A stretch of 32,000 nt of DNA from the sequence record CP114870.1. One strand, given 5' to 3'. Positions 1 through 11,766 of this stretch are shown piece after piece. How positions within the stretch are numbered: the first letter of the stretch is position 1; every line of letters begins with the position of its first letter. Position numbers and translations under genes: made by a program. A model generated the notes under the pieces. The model saw only the letters and a program-made list of their open reading frames with translations, was not told where the DNA came from and searched no databases.

Positions 1-959
1 ATTATTATTTTTAGCCAAACTCTTGTCCCTTACTGCTTTGTTAAACATAGCCTTTCCTCAAATATTATTCCTCTAAATTATTTGTAAAAACTTAAAGTTA
101 TTTGAGGTAGTAAGGGGTCACTAACTTACCAGCAGCCATTGAATGGCTAAAGCTTTCACTCTTCTATTAAAACTAGACTAATTATCCAAATTAAAATAAA
201 AAAAGAAAACAACCCTCAAGCTAAAGGCAAAGGGTACCGAAAAGTAGCTAAAGAGAAAGTTTTTATTTTATTTTTTAATTAATAAAAAATGATATTTTCT
301 ACTTAATATCTTATTATTCATTATAATTTTTGTTAGTTAAAATAAATATTAAAATAGATTTAATTTTAAAATAAAGATGTTGGTAGTTATCTTATCTATT
401 AATTCTTACTTTTCTCTTTTTAGATAAACTTTAATATTAAAAAGAAAGAGAACAAGTTATTTGTTTTAAACTCAAATCAAGAAAAATTGTCTTAAAGATC
501 AAAATTCAAAAATTAATTAAAATTATAAATCTTTTTTAAGCAATTACTCTTATCTTGAGAATTTCGGTGTAAAACCTAATATATTTAGTAAATATTTGGA
601 TGTACTTTGCTACTCTATTAAAGACGACCGCCCCAGTCAAACTGCCAATTAGTCAACTCTCCCTTTTTTTTTTAATTGTAAGGTAAACATAAACCCAACC
701 TTAATTTTAAGGTTTCCAATATTTGTCTCTCGACTTCCCTATTTACTATTAACTAAGATTGTTCTAGATTCATGTGATAACTAACTACAGTAAAGCTGCA
801 TAGGGTCTTCCCGTCCCCCTGGAGGTAACACGCATCTGCACGTGTAATTCAATTTCACTGAGCAAGTTGTAGAGACAGTGAGGCCATCGTTACATTATTG
901 ATACCGGACCACATTTAATGGCCAACTGATTTTGCTACCTTAGGATCCTCATAGTTAAG

Positions 960-2544
960 CTTAACAAAAAAAAATATAAAAAAACGTATTTAAGATCCTA
1001 AATATAAATAAATAAAAGCACCTTTAAGATCTACATCCCACATACCATCTAGTTAATTCTTAACTTTAAAAGGTTTTGGATCTTAAAGGGGTTAAACAAA
1101 AGAAACAAAACCTTTGAGGAACACCAAATAACCAAACTAATTGATTATCTACAAGAAAATTTAAAGAGATAATAGATTATAGAGCAAATTATATCTTAAT
1201 TATTATCTTTAAGACTAATTAAAAAACTTTCTTTTACTAAACCAGAAGTGTCTTGCTTTATTACACTAAATACTTTTTTATTTTTAATATAGGTACGTAA
1301 AGTAACACGAGTAACATTTAAAGAAGTTGCTGCATCGCTTATAGAAATATACTCTGTTGAGATATTGGTTTTTATGTTTCTGACTACAACTGTTTTACCT
1401 TCTATTTGTTTTCTAGTTTTTGTTTGTAAAGTTTCAGTAATTTTTAAAGAATAAAGTTTCCTTTCTGCCCACACTTCTCTCATTTTTTGCATAGCTTCTT
1501 CAAAGTGGGATTTTGCCATTTGAATCTCTCTTAATCTTTCTATAGTTTCTGGGGTATGGTTATACCCTAAAAGATTTTTTCTACCTTTCATTTTAGCTCG
1601 TGTTTCTTCTGTGTGTTTATAACCCAAAATAGAATCAGCTTTAGCTAAAACATTATAACTAAAATCAAAATTATCCAAATAATATTGCTCCCTTTGAATT
1701 ACTTCATCCGGTTGACAGTATTCAATTATGTCAAAAATAAAATTTTCGTGTCCGTATTTTAAATTTGCTTTATAAATAGGCATATTTCCATCTTCCAACC
1801 CTTTTAATTCATAATATGTAGATAGCCTTCGTTTAGCATTTGCTGTACTTCCTAAATACTCTTTTCCATTTCTTTGGTTAGTCCATCGATATACAAATGA
1901 TTTATCCTTATTTTCTTGGTAGATTAAGCTTTTGCTTTCTTTTGCATTAATGTATCTTACCACAGGAGTTAGAGTCAAATTAGGTAACCCTCTAGATAGA
2001 TTTCTTGTAAAAATAATATTTATATTTACAAGACTCCATTTAATAAATTTGCCTTTATGGCTTTGGTTTAAAATAAAAATTGTTTTTGTAGCTTTAATAA
2101 TTTATAAATTTTAGGTTTTGTAGGTTATTTCTCATTTCACTATTTTAACTAAGGTTAGGGTGCTAGCCTTCTTAGTGACCAGGATATCTACTACCGAGTT
2201 AAACCAATAAACTCTCTAGTTACTCAAATAATAACCAAAAGGATACTAACCTGAGAGACCATTCCTTTCTTGATCTTATATTTTTTTTTTTTTAGACTAT
2301 TTCTTTTTACTTCACGTATAGTCGTTGAGGTTCTACCTGTTATAAATTCAACATAAGTATTACCTGCTAATTGCCTTTTTAGTAGTTCTCAACTTAAATT
2401 GTCACTGTATAAATATAAGATTTTCATTATATACTCCACTAGTATTAAGTTAAAAAAGGGTTTCTAGCATACAGTGAATAGTGTAATTACTACTCTCCTT
2501 CATTTTTATAGAGAAAAAATAGTAAAACACGCGGCCTTAACTCG
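960..2544 (-). mobile_element. Group I intron in rnl (helix-69 / E. coli ~1910-1925 region) carrying a GIY-YIG endonuclease ORF
   Basis: The conserved block GCGG(C/T)C(G/T)TAACTAT..CCTAAGGTAGC is split. The upstream exon ends ..AATAGCGGT (rc, last nt 2545). The downstream exon starts CTTAACTATGAGGATCCTAAGG (rc from 959). The 5' exon ends in U and the intron ends in G (GTTAAG|C). GC-richer structured segments lie at 2140-2290 and 960-1195. Boundaries +/- a few nt. Confidence 0.7.
1196..1978 (-). CDS. GIY-YIG homing endonuclease (intron-encoded)
   Basis: 260-aa ORF. N-terminal GIY-YIG module (FVYRWTN..GKEYLGSTANAKRRLSTYY..REQYYLD). Two NUMOD3-like repeats (GYKHTEETRAKM, GYNHTPETIERL). C-terminal helix-turn-helix-like tail (ISISDAATSLNVTRVTLRTYIKN). 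The first codon of the open frame is TTG (rc of 1976-1978) just after an in-frame TAG. There is no ATG near the start, so the true initiation codon is uncertain. Confidence 0.85.
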   Translation of the reverse strand: MTLTPVVRYINAKESKSLIYQENKDKSFVYRWTNQRNGKEYLGSTANAKRRLSTYYELKGLEDGNMPIYKANLKYGHENFIFDIIEYCQPDEVIQREQYYLDNFDFSYNVLAKADSILGYKHTEETRAKMKGRKNLLGYNHTPETIERLREIQMAKSHFEEAMQKMREVWAERKLYSLKITETLQTKTRKQIEGKTVVVRNIKTNISTEYISISDAATSLNVTRVTLRTYIKNKKVFSVIKQDTSGLVKESFLISLKDNN

Positions 2545-5192
2545 ACCGCTATTAACCAGATTTTCGATTAGTTACAGTTACCCATAACCGCTCTTATATT
2601 AATGGCATCGGGCAAATTTCACACAGTATACTATCATATTAATGATTGCACTGTGTTGTGTTTTTAGTAAACAGTCGGGGCCTCCGATTTTGTGCCACCA
2701 CCTTATATAATTAATTTTACAATCCGGAGTATTAAAATTATATTTGTGGTCCCTCTTTTTGTCAAACTTATGAGGTTAATTTGCCGAGTTCCTTAACAAC
2801 TTTTAGCTCTACGCCTTAGTATTCTCTACCTACAAACCTGTGTCGGTTTAGGGTACGGTAGTAAAATAGATTACATTTAAAAAATTTTTAGTAAATATTT
2901 TTTAAAATAAAAAAATATTACTTCTAAACAACAAGATCGTTAGATACAACTTTTTGTTTTTTGTTCATGATTTTTTAACTTTTTCTTAAAACCCTATTTA
3001 AATTTTTAATGAAAAATATTAAAGTTATATTGAAATTTATTATAGTTTTATCAAAAAAAAGTTATAGTAACTTAATATAGTTAATAGTTAAGTTAAAAAT
3101 AACATATAAAAATAATCAATATAAACTAAACATAAAAAAAAAGATATCATTCAATCTATTTTGGTTATAGAAATTATAATTTAAAATAAATAATGTCCTA
3201 AATTTAGTTAAATTTACTTTCAATTTTTGTAAGAAACCGGATAGTATCTTAGTATTTTTGGGTTTTTCTTTTTTTTTTTCTGATTTAATTAACTAAATTT
3301 TATTATTTTTCCTAGATAGAATAATTCTTAACTGTCACTCTTGAACAAAAAAACAAAACAAAAAAGAGTAACAGATCTTGGTATTAAATAACTAATAAAC
3401 TCAAAATAGGGAGAGGCAAAATCTATAATTATCAATAAATGACAACTTTACTAGACTTTGATAAATTATATAATAAATCTTTCAACTATCTAATTACAAA
3501 AATCAAATACCCAAATAAAATTTTAGTGTAAGAATTTTATAATAATCCTTGATAATATAATAAATATAATTGAAAAAACCCCAATTTAATCATAAATCAT
3601 GACTATACTCTAAATTATTTTAACAAATAAATTAGAAATAGATCTCTTTAACAAGATCCTATATAGATTTGTAAAGTTATATTAGCACTACAAAATTCCA
3701 ACTATAATAAAACATATAATAAAATTTGCAGAGATTAATATTTAAAATAACCTTTAACTTTTATTTTTTTTTAATAATTATGATAACTAATAGTTGTCTG
3801 GCACGTTTTGCCAAATTTAATAAATATAAAATAAAGTAATAAAAAATTTAACCTATAATTCACATTCTTAATCTAAAAAGAAAATAAAAAATTTTTCCAA
3901 TTTCTATATCTTTATTTCTATTAGAATATTATTAAATATGATAACTAAAGAAAAATTAATGATAATAAATTATCTAAATTTATTTTCAAAGACTATTAAT
4001 CTAATAAATAAATAAAAATTTTTTTTTACAAATTAATCTAATACTATCTAAACACTATTAGAGATATTTTATAGAATTAGAAATAATAATTTTATTTTTA
4101 ATTTATAGATATTAAAAAAAGAGAATTTTATCTTAAAATAAATTACTTATAATATTATTTTCTTGGACCATTAATTAAAATTAATGGACTTTCTATTATA
4201 TACTCATCAGCCAAAACTTTGGTTTTGGTCCTTAGAGGCCGCATTCAAACAAAACGGATTAACCTTTCCAATTTGCAACCCTTTTGTATTCGGCGAGAAG
4301 TATTATAACTTCTTTTTACGTTACTCATGTCAGCATTCTCTCTTCAGTAACCTAAAAAACAATGAAACACTGTTTTATTATTAGTTTGACTGAATGTTCT
4401 ACTACCTAGATTAAGAATAAAATCATAAGAGAATAAATATAAAATATAAATATAAATATAAATATAAATATATAAATATAAATATAAAAATAAATATAAA
4501 TATAAATTAAAAAAATAATAATTTTATTCAAAACCAACACGATATCGGTTGATTGTTTAAGACCCGTTAAATTTTCGGTGCTACTATCTAGACTGCTGAT
4601 GCGTTGTTACATACGATCATTATAAGTAGCGACTACCAGGCTCACTTCACAGCTGTATCCGATATTGCTACATCCTTAATTTCACTTAACAATCATTTGG
4701 GACCTTGATCAGTGTTCTCGGCTGTTTCCGTCTTGACTACCCAACTTAGCATGAGTAGTCTGAATATCTACCATCAATTTATGTAATTCCGAGATTCGCT
4801 TCCAAAGGTAAGATTTTCGAGGTCCCCACAACCTAAACGCCTAAAAGATTTGAAGTAATTAAAATAATCACAACTCTTAAACTTGTTGGGAATTGCCTTG
4901 CTGTACCTCCATAAATTTTGTGTAGACATCATACTTAAATATGTTTCGGTAGAAAACCAGCTAGCACCAGGTCAGATTGGCATTTCACCGCTTACCAAGA
5001 CTCATCGGAGAATTATGCAACATTCACCCGTTCGATCCATTATAATCTGGTCTTGGTAAGATCACCTGGCTTCGGGTCTAATAGAAGTAACTTATCCATC
5101 ACTATATTTATTAATATTATTATTTATAATATTATTATAGTCCAGTCGCTTTCGCTAGGGCTTTAAACCTTGCTACTCCTATTAACTTGCTG

Positions 5193-6637
5193 CATTTAAT
5201 ACCAATATTTTCATATTGGATTAGACTATACCTTCAACTCAATAATATGTTAGGTAAATTATTAATGTAAAAATTAATAAAAAAAGGGGGGATGGGTTAA
5301 CTATTAATTTAAATCAAATTTATAATAAAAATGATCGATTAAATAAGGTTTAACTAATTCTAGTAATATATCCTTAGAACTACTAAATACGTACAATCTA
5401 TAACCATTAGTATGTTTATGGATTCCACAATCTAAATTAAATCGATTTTTGAGTATTAAACTTAATTTATAATTATCATCTAAAGTATAAGATTCAGTAC
5501 AAAAATAAAACCCCTTAGCTGATTTATAACCATCATCCATTTCCCAATAGGCTAAACTTCTAGGTGTGATTATTTCTTCTAAAATCAAAGGTATAAATTT
5601 TGTACCAGATTCATCATAAAAATAATTCCTAAATTGATTAAAACAAGGTAGACTAAGGGTCCAAAATTTAATAGAAATATTTAATTCTTTTTTACCCGGT
5701 CTCTTGTCTCTAGAAGAAGTTACTTTGGGTTCAGAATTACAATAGTCTTTAAATATAGAATATAAATGATCAATATATACTTTATTTTTTACTGATTGTT
5801 TAAATTGTAATCTGGTATTAGAATTAGGATTTCTTTTTTCAGCAAATAAGTCACCTAACATAAGACCAATGATGATTTCTTTTAATTCAGCATTAAGTTC
5901 TAAATCATATTTAGCAGATGTTCTATAAGATTTAACTAACATAAAGTTTATATTATTTTTCATGTTTTTATTTTATTTATTAGCGTCTAACAATCTCTGC
6001 CTTTACATTCTAGTAATGCCTCTTTCTATATTAAATTAAATTGGTAAAACTAGAATTATTTTAAGGGGATCATAGCAGAGATCAAATGATAGACCTTTAT
6101 TCCTTAAAATTTTTAACCTTATAATAATAGAACACTATTAAGAAATAAAAATAACTACTAAAAAGTAGTCAAAATAAAGAACCTTAATAGATTTGAATTT
6201 TTTTCTTCATTTTACACTAATTTTGAAACAAAAAATATAATTAGACACTACCTAGTTTGCAAGTAAACAACTTTTTTTTTTTAATTTTTTTTTTTACCAT
6301 TTAAATAATATTACCATAATTTATTGGAATATTTGAGTGCTGACATATTACCAATTTTATTCGCATTTGCGAGCAATCAGTCCGGTGGTTTGCCACCAAG
6401 TCGTTACAGGGCTAATAAAAAGAGTAAATTTATACATGAAAATAAACTTACTTAGTAAAGATATTATTTACTTATTCCTACGATTTACAGCTTCCCACGG
6501 TATTTCCATAGATATTTGTATCCTTAGGAGTCCACCGTTAGCATTATTTGTCGGCTTAGCCTATGAATAATACCGACCTGTTAAGGTCATGAGTCAGTAA
6601 TTTAAAGAATTTCTCAATTCTTTTGGGCAAGCAATTC
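5193..6637 (-). mobile_element. Group I intron in rnl domain II (E. coli ~575-580 region) carrying a LAGLIDADG ORF
   Basis: Conserved CCTTTTGCATAATGGGT (exon end, rc, last nt 6638, a U) is separated from CAGCAAGTTAATAGGAGTAGCAAGGTT (rc from 5192), which aligns to E. coli GGGTCAGCGACTTATATTCTGTAGCAAGGTT. The intron ends ..ATTAAATG (terminal G at 5193). Structured GC-richer segment at 6340-6620. Confidence 0.72.
5304..5963 (-). CDS. LAGLIDADG homing endonuclease (double-motif, LAGLIDADG_2 type)
   Basis: 219-aa ATG-initiated ORF with two dodecapeptide motifs (IIIGLMLGDLFAEK and LAYWEMDDGYKS) and typical RLQFKQS..H..Y..HLY spacing. Free-standing inside the rnl intron. Confidence 0.9.
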   Translation of the reverse strand: MKNNINFMLVKSYRTSAKYDLELNAELKEIIIGLMLGDLFAEKRNPNSNTRLQFKQSVKNKVYIDHLYSIFKDYCNSEPKVTSSRDKRPGKKELNISIKFWTLSLPCFNQFRNYFYDESGTKFIPLILEEIITPRSLAYWEMDDGYKSAKGFYFCTESYTLDDNYKLSLILKNRFNLDCGIHKHTNGYRLYVFSSSKDILLELVKPYLIDHFYYKFDLN

Positions 6638-9600
6638 ACCCATTATGCAAAAGGTACGCCGTCATTCATAAATCTTTTTGTTAAAGTAGAATTTCGACTG
6701 CTTATAGAGTTACTAATTCATGATCTATTTCATCGATTCATTTCTAAATTATTTATTCCTATTTTTTTAAATACAATTTATTTTAAAAAATCCAATTAAG
6801 GAGTTTAAAATTATCTGTAATAAATAAAATATTAAAAATAAAAAATTAAAAATTCACTTTTTGTATACCACTCGCTTTTCAAACTTTTCCTTTACAGTAC
6901 TTATTCACTATCGCTAAATTTATAATACTTAGCCTTAGAGGATGGTTCCCCTATATTCCGACAAGTTTTCTCTCATCGTACTTTATATTAGAATAATGAT
7001 TAGAGACAATAAAGATTTTTATTAGACATTTAAAAAATATAATTTAAATTAAATTTTTAATTTCTATTAAAATATTTTTATATAAACTCAATTATTCTTT
7101 TAATTAATTTATAAATCTACAGGACTTAAAGTAATTGATACCTTCTTTAGAGCAAAGATTTGTTTTATTTTCTTATTTGGATTAGATACCAATTAAAATT
7201 TTAAAACAAAAATTATTGCTAACTAATACATAAATAATTTTAAGTAATTTCAATTGATAAATCAAAAGATCCCCTTTTTAATAAATATGTTAAAGTTATT
7301 CAATTTATAATATTAATTTAGGCTAATCCGATTTCACTCACCATTACTTTCGGAGTCTCGGTTGATTTCCTTTCCTTTCCCTAATAAAATGTTTTACTTC
7401 AGGAAGTAAATTTTAAACAAGGTTTACCTTAGGATCGCTTTTTTTCAATCAGAAAATAAATTAATATTTCTTGAAGCTTTTGGTTTATTACCTCCTTTTT
7501 TATAAATTTGCCTTAGTTTTCCTTAATAACCCCTTTGAATTACTTTTTATATCATATAATATATTTTTTTAAATATTTATAATATTTTAAATATTTATAA
7601 TATTTTTTTATTATTTATAATTTAATTATTTTTTTATAATTAATATATATATATAATTAAATTTTTGATGTTATAACAATATTGTCATCGATACTTTTAT
7701 TTTTTTTTGTTATTTTTTTAATATCTATCCTATCTAAAAAAAAAGTTTGTTTTTATAAATCATATCAAACTAATTTATATCTTTATTTTAATTATATAGC
7801 ACCATAAATTTAATTTTTTTTTGTTCTTTATTTATTAAATTAAAATGTCCTTTTAAATTTCAGTTATCTTTTATTATAAAATTTTTATTTTTTCTAGTTA
7901 AATTTTTTTTTTATTTTATTTTAAATATGATTTATTAGCGTTTATTTATATTTAAATTTATATATTAATACTATTAATTATAAAAATTAAAATTTAATTA
8001 GGGGCCTTTATATTAAAAAGTATATATGTATTATACTATTAATCCTTCTACCGATATTTCTTTAAATTAATAAAGGATAATCATTTATGATTTTTTTGAT
8101 TGTATTTTTATAGGTACCTTTAAAGCTGAGATATCTAAATGTTTAAATATTTTCTATAGCTAGGATCATAATTTAATTTATATAAACTTTATAATTTGTT
8201 AAAAAAAAATTTTTTTTTATAAAAATAAATAAAAAAAAAAAAATTAAAAATATTAAAGATTAAATGATTTTAACTTCAATAATTACATAAGGTTTAGTAT
8301 TAAAGAATTTATTATTATAATAAATTAAATATCATTAAATAGAAATTACCTTTATTCTATATATTTTATATTTAATATAAATGGTTCTTTCTTTAAGAAA
8401 TTTATACAATTTATCTTGTTTAAGTTCTAAGGATGAAATTTTAATTAATAAATTATTAAAATCGTTGATTTTTAGTTTTTAAACTATAATTAGTAGTGAA
8501 TCCTTTTACTTTAGAGCTGATCTATTTATTATAAAGTAATCCATACACCCTAGGTGATAAAAAGATTGTTCTATCAGCAATAAATATTTTCTAATTAATT
8601 AAAATATCCTAAATAAAAATGAATTACTAAATAGTCCTCTAATGTTTATTAATATATAAACTATACTATAGTATATTACCCAATTATCGTAAAAAAAAAA
8701 GTATTAAGATTATATTAATCAGAATCAGAATAAAAATTAATTCTCTAAATCTACAAAATAAATAATAGAATCATAAGAAAACTTTATGTTAAAAAGAAAT
8801 CTATTCTTTTTTAAACTAAAAATACAGAAACTATTCATTAATATTTACCTAATTTTCTTAATGAATAAGATAATAATAGATAAATGAACATTATTTATTG
8901 TATTAGGGGCTGTCATAATAGCAATAAATTTAGATATTAATTTGTATATAATATTATTATGTTTAATAATAAATTTACCATATTAAAAAGAAAAAGAATA
9001 AAAAAATCATAGCTAATTTATAATGAAAGTATGCTTTATTTTTAGTATATAATTTAATTATATTTTTATTTTGAGTTAAACCTTTACTAATACCATAATA
9101 AAGAAAAACTATATTTATTATAGGTTATAGGAACATCAATATAAATATAATAAAATATAATAATAAATATAAATATAAAATAAAAATATAAATAGAAATA
9201 TAACCATTAGATTAAGTTCTATAATATTAAACAAATAACTTTATAAATAATATTTATCTTATTAAAAAAATTTTTTGTAAGAAGGTATTGAACCTTATTT
9301 TACCATTGATGATTGGTATATTTAAATCTTTTAAACTATTTAATTTCTCATACTCAATTAATAAGGGATTAACTCCCCTAACACTCTGAATATAAAATAG
9401 GAGAATAACTATAACAATAATTTAATACATTATACTCTTTAGCCCAATAAACTAGACTAGTAACATAGCAGCTATATATATAACAAAAAAATTACATACA
9501 GTTAAATCTACATTTTTAAATTTATTAATTTTGATAGAAAGAGCAACAATAAATTAAAGATAAGCAATAGAATTAATTTATATAAGAAATTATATATTAT

Positions 9601-10189
9601 CACAATAAATATTCATTATAAAAATATAAAGAGTTAGATTTATTATCTATAGGACCAATTAAGTAAAATAAACTATTAAAAACTAAACTATTTATAATAT
9701 ATTATTAAAATATAAAATATAATTTAGTCTTAGTAAACTGAATTTAATCTAAAAATATTAAAAAGTTAGGATATAGGATTTATAATTTAAATAACTTCTA
9801 TTATTTTTTTAATAATAAATAAAAATAAACATTACTTAAGTGTTATATATTTATTTATTCTATTTCTAATTAAAATTTATTAAATAAAAATAGTAATTTA
9901 AAGTTAAAATTTTCTATTCTAGATTTGTCCACAAAATTAATTTTGTTCTTAAGATATATCTTTATTTAACCTTGAACCTTCACATAAAATTTAATCTTAT
10001 TTATTTAAAACATATAAAATTAAAAATTTACAGTTTTAGATATCTTAACTCTCTTTTAATTTCTAATACTTTATTTATTTTATTAATAAAAATACAAACA
10101 AATTAATTCTTTTTAAAAAGGATTGATATTATATTCACTTTCTTAATAAAATATTAATTAATAAACTAAAAATAAATACTTATAATTTC

Positions 10190-10234
10190 TTTTTGTTTTG
10201 TTTTTGTTTTATTTTTGTTTTGTTTTTGTTTTTC
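10190..10234. repeat. (T4-6G)n tract; reads (A4-6C)n on the gene-sense strand
   Basis: ttttgttttgtttttgttttatttttgttttgtttttgtttttc read directly. Confidence 0.9.
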
Positions 10235-10695
10235 ATCTTTGACTTACAATATTTTTCCTGAAATCATAACGAGTCAATCATAGAATTAATTAATAGTTTG
10301 TTTATATAATATAATATAATGTAATGTATTAGGATAATCAATCAATTCCAAACACCTATATTTATTTAATGTTATTTATTGTTATTTTATTATTTATACT
10401 ATTTAAAATATTTGATATTATTTTAAATATATTAAGAGGGTAAAAAAATTTATATTTATAATTTCATTATTTTATATTTATTACTATTATTTTAAATTAC
10501 TACCTCTAAGTTGTTATTTATAATTATTATTATGTATTTATTTAATAATTCTAAAAAAAAAAAAAATGGGGGTTAAAGTTTATATTAAATTTAAAAATAA
10601 AAAATTAATAAAAAATAAAATAGCGTAAAATATATAAAGACAAAACACAAAAATAAAAATATAAAAATAAAACCTAAAATTCTCTCATTATTAAA

Positions 10696-11766
10696 TTATT
10701 TTATAATACCTTTTTCTCTTAATTTTTTATCTAATATCTCGCTTAAAATTAGCCTTCTTTTTCTAAATAAGGCCTCTTTTCTGATTTCTGCACTAGTTTC
10801 GCTAGGTGTTGTACCAAAAGGTCTAGGTTTTCGTTCCATTGTTCTACCTCTTATTATTTCATCAGACTTTATACGAGAAGAACTAGAACTAGGATTATTT
10901 AAAGTTTGTCGTTGCTCATTAGTATGAACTACGCTATCATCTGATTGTACGTAAACCTTTCTTTGATTTAATGGTGTTGACTGTTCCTGTTCATTCTTAT
11001 TTTCTTCTGTTATTATATTTATAACTTCATTATTATTTGTATCAGTACCCATAAAATAGAAAGGTTTAATTGAGAAAATGGTATTTTTAACCATGAAACT
11101 GAAATAACTTAATTTAAAAACTCCAATAATTGTCAATGATAATAAAAAAATATTAAATAAGAGAAAAAAAAATGAAAATTTTTTAATCTTGACCTCTTTA
11201 ACTACTATTATTTCTTCAGAAATATAATCTATATATATAATAGAACTAATTATTGAACATAAAAATATATAGATATATATATATTTTAAAAATGTATCAT
11301 CATAATTAATCAAACTATTTTCTAATTTATATAATAAAATAATAGTTAATATTAAAGAGATAATATTATATAAGTAATATCCTATAATAATATTTTTATC
11401 TATATTAATATTATTAGATTGTTTTCTAAAATAAACAAACATTCTAAAAAAGACATTATATATTCTTATTATTAAATTAAATATTAAATATAAAAAAAAT
11501 ATAATACTTAAATAAAATATAAGGAACCGTAAAAGATCATATTGAATATCATAAATAATTCCATTATTTAATATAAAACTAGAAATTATCAATAAAAGAA
11601 AAATCAATAAATATTTAATCTTTTTAATTTTATATACACTAGGTAATTTTAATACACTTAAAAATATTTCCATATTTCTTTTGTAAATTTTTATCATAAT
11701 TTTTTTTTTTAACTTCTTTATAGTTACAGTTAATAAATGCTTTATATTTTTTTTGATAAGAGCCAT
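10696..11766 (-). CDS. Orphan ORF (orf356): predicted polytopic membrane N-terminal two-thirds plus a hydrophilic, basic C-terminal tail
   Basis: 356-codon ATG-initiated ORF, open in both the standard code and table 4. Several long I/L/F-rich stretches of about 20 aa. The last ~110 codons (10696-11040) are visibly GC-richer and non-repetitive (..QSDDSVVHTNEQRQTLNNPSSSSSRIKSDEIIRGRTMERKPRPFGTTPSETSAEIRKEALFRKRRL..). I recognise no homolog. An internal ATG at 11695-11697 is an alternative start. Confidence 0.45.
   Translation of the reverse strand: MALIKKNIKHLLTVTIKKLKKKIMIKIYKRNMEIFLSVLKLPSVYKIKKIKYLLIFLLLIISSFILNNGIIYDIQYDLLRFLIFYLSIIFFLYLIFNLIIRIYNVFFRMFVYFRKQSNNINIDKNIIIGYYLYNIISLILTIILLYKLENSLINYDDTFLKYIYIYIFLCSIISSIIYIDYISEEIIVVKEVKIKKFSFFFLLFNIFLLSLTIIGVFKLSYFSFMVKNTIFSIKPFYFMGTDTNNNEVINIITEENKNEQEQSTPLNQRKVYVQSDDSVVHTNEQRQTLNNPSSSSSRIKSDEIIRGRTMERKPRPFGTTPSETSAEIRKEALFRKRRLILSEILDKKLREKGIIK
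11714..11751 (-). promoter_or_regulatory. Copy A of a 38-nt repeat (28-nt perfect core 11720-11747) shared with the nad4L 5' leader
   Basis: ttctt-T-atagttacagttaataaatgctttatat-T-ttt here versus ttctt-G-atagttacagttaataaatgctttatat-A-ttt at 20553-20590. The sense strand reads ATATAAAGCATTTATTAACTGTAACTAT. Confidence 0.6.

Larger units (their letters stand above)
1..7533 (-). rRNA. rnl: Mitochondrial large-subunit rRNA. The 3' end is cut by the window edge. It is interrupted by two group I introns and several AT-rich expansion segments.
   Basis: Reverse complement carries universally conserved 23S blocks in the correct order. 5' end GGTTATTAAGGAAAACTAAGG (rc 7511-7531). CGATAGTGAATAAGTACTGTAAAGGAAAAG (rc ~6884-6913). 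CGTACCTTTTGCATAATGGGT (rc 6638-6658). GACCCGAAGCCAGGTGATC (rc 5060-5078). GAATGCTGACATGAGTAACG (rc 4319-4338). ACCGTACCCTAAACCGACACAGG (rc 2837-2859). CCCCGACTGTTTACTAAAAACACA (rc 2657-2680). GGATCCTAAGGTAGCAAA (rc 931-948). GGACGGGAAGACCCTATGCAGC (rc 795-816). GGCAGTTTGACTGGGGCGGTCGTC (rc 623-646). Sequence at 1-60 still resembles the region just before the GGGATAACAG block, so the gene continues beyond position 1. Confidence 0.92.

Noticed and set aside
1932-2114. Plus-strand ORF, 60 aa
   Set aside because: It is antisense to the start of the GIY-YIG gene and the rnl intron. It is hydrophobic and low-complexity with no motif, a typical AT-rich chance frame.
4184-4384. Plus-strand ORF, 66 aa
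   Set aside because: It lies antisense within a highly conserved rnl block (rc contains GAATGCTGACATGAGTAACG and GGAAAGGTTAATCCG). The openness is explained by rRNA sequence, not coding.
6337-6570. Plus-strand ORF, 77 aa
   Set aside because: It is antisense to the structured core of the rnl LAGLIDADG-containing group I intron. No protein motif.
9276-9352. tRNA-like region on the minus strand. A good T arm (AAGG-TTCAATA-CCTT), a D-arm-like TAGTTTAAAAGA, and a TACCA/TGGTA stem.
   Set aside because: I could not close a 7-bp acceptor stem at the required spacing. The putative anticodon loop has 8 nt and the variable region is too short. At best it is a tRNA remnant and should be re-tested with tRNAscan-SE or ARAGORN.
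10177-10185. Yeast-type promoter nonamer TTATAAGTA on the minus strand. It also occurs at 30584-30592 (about 110 nt upstream of cox2), 4146-4154 (inside rnl), about 23650-23658 (inside cox3 intron 1), and TATAAGTA at 12721-12729.
   Set aside because: With this base composition I estimate roughly 2-3 occurrences per strand in 32 kb by chance. Two of the hits are inside rnl or an intron. Not enough evidence to call promoters; only the cox2-proximal copy is mentioned in a finding.
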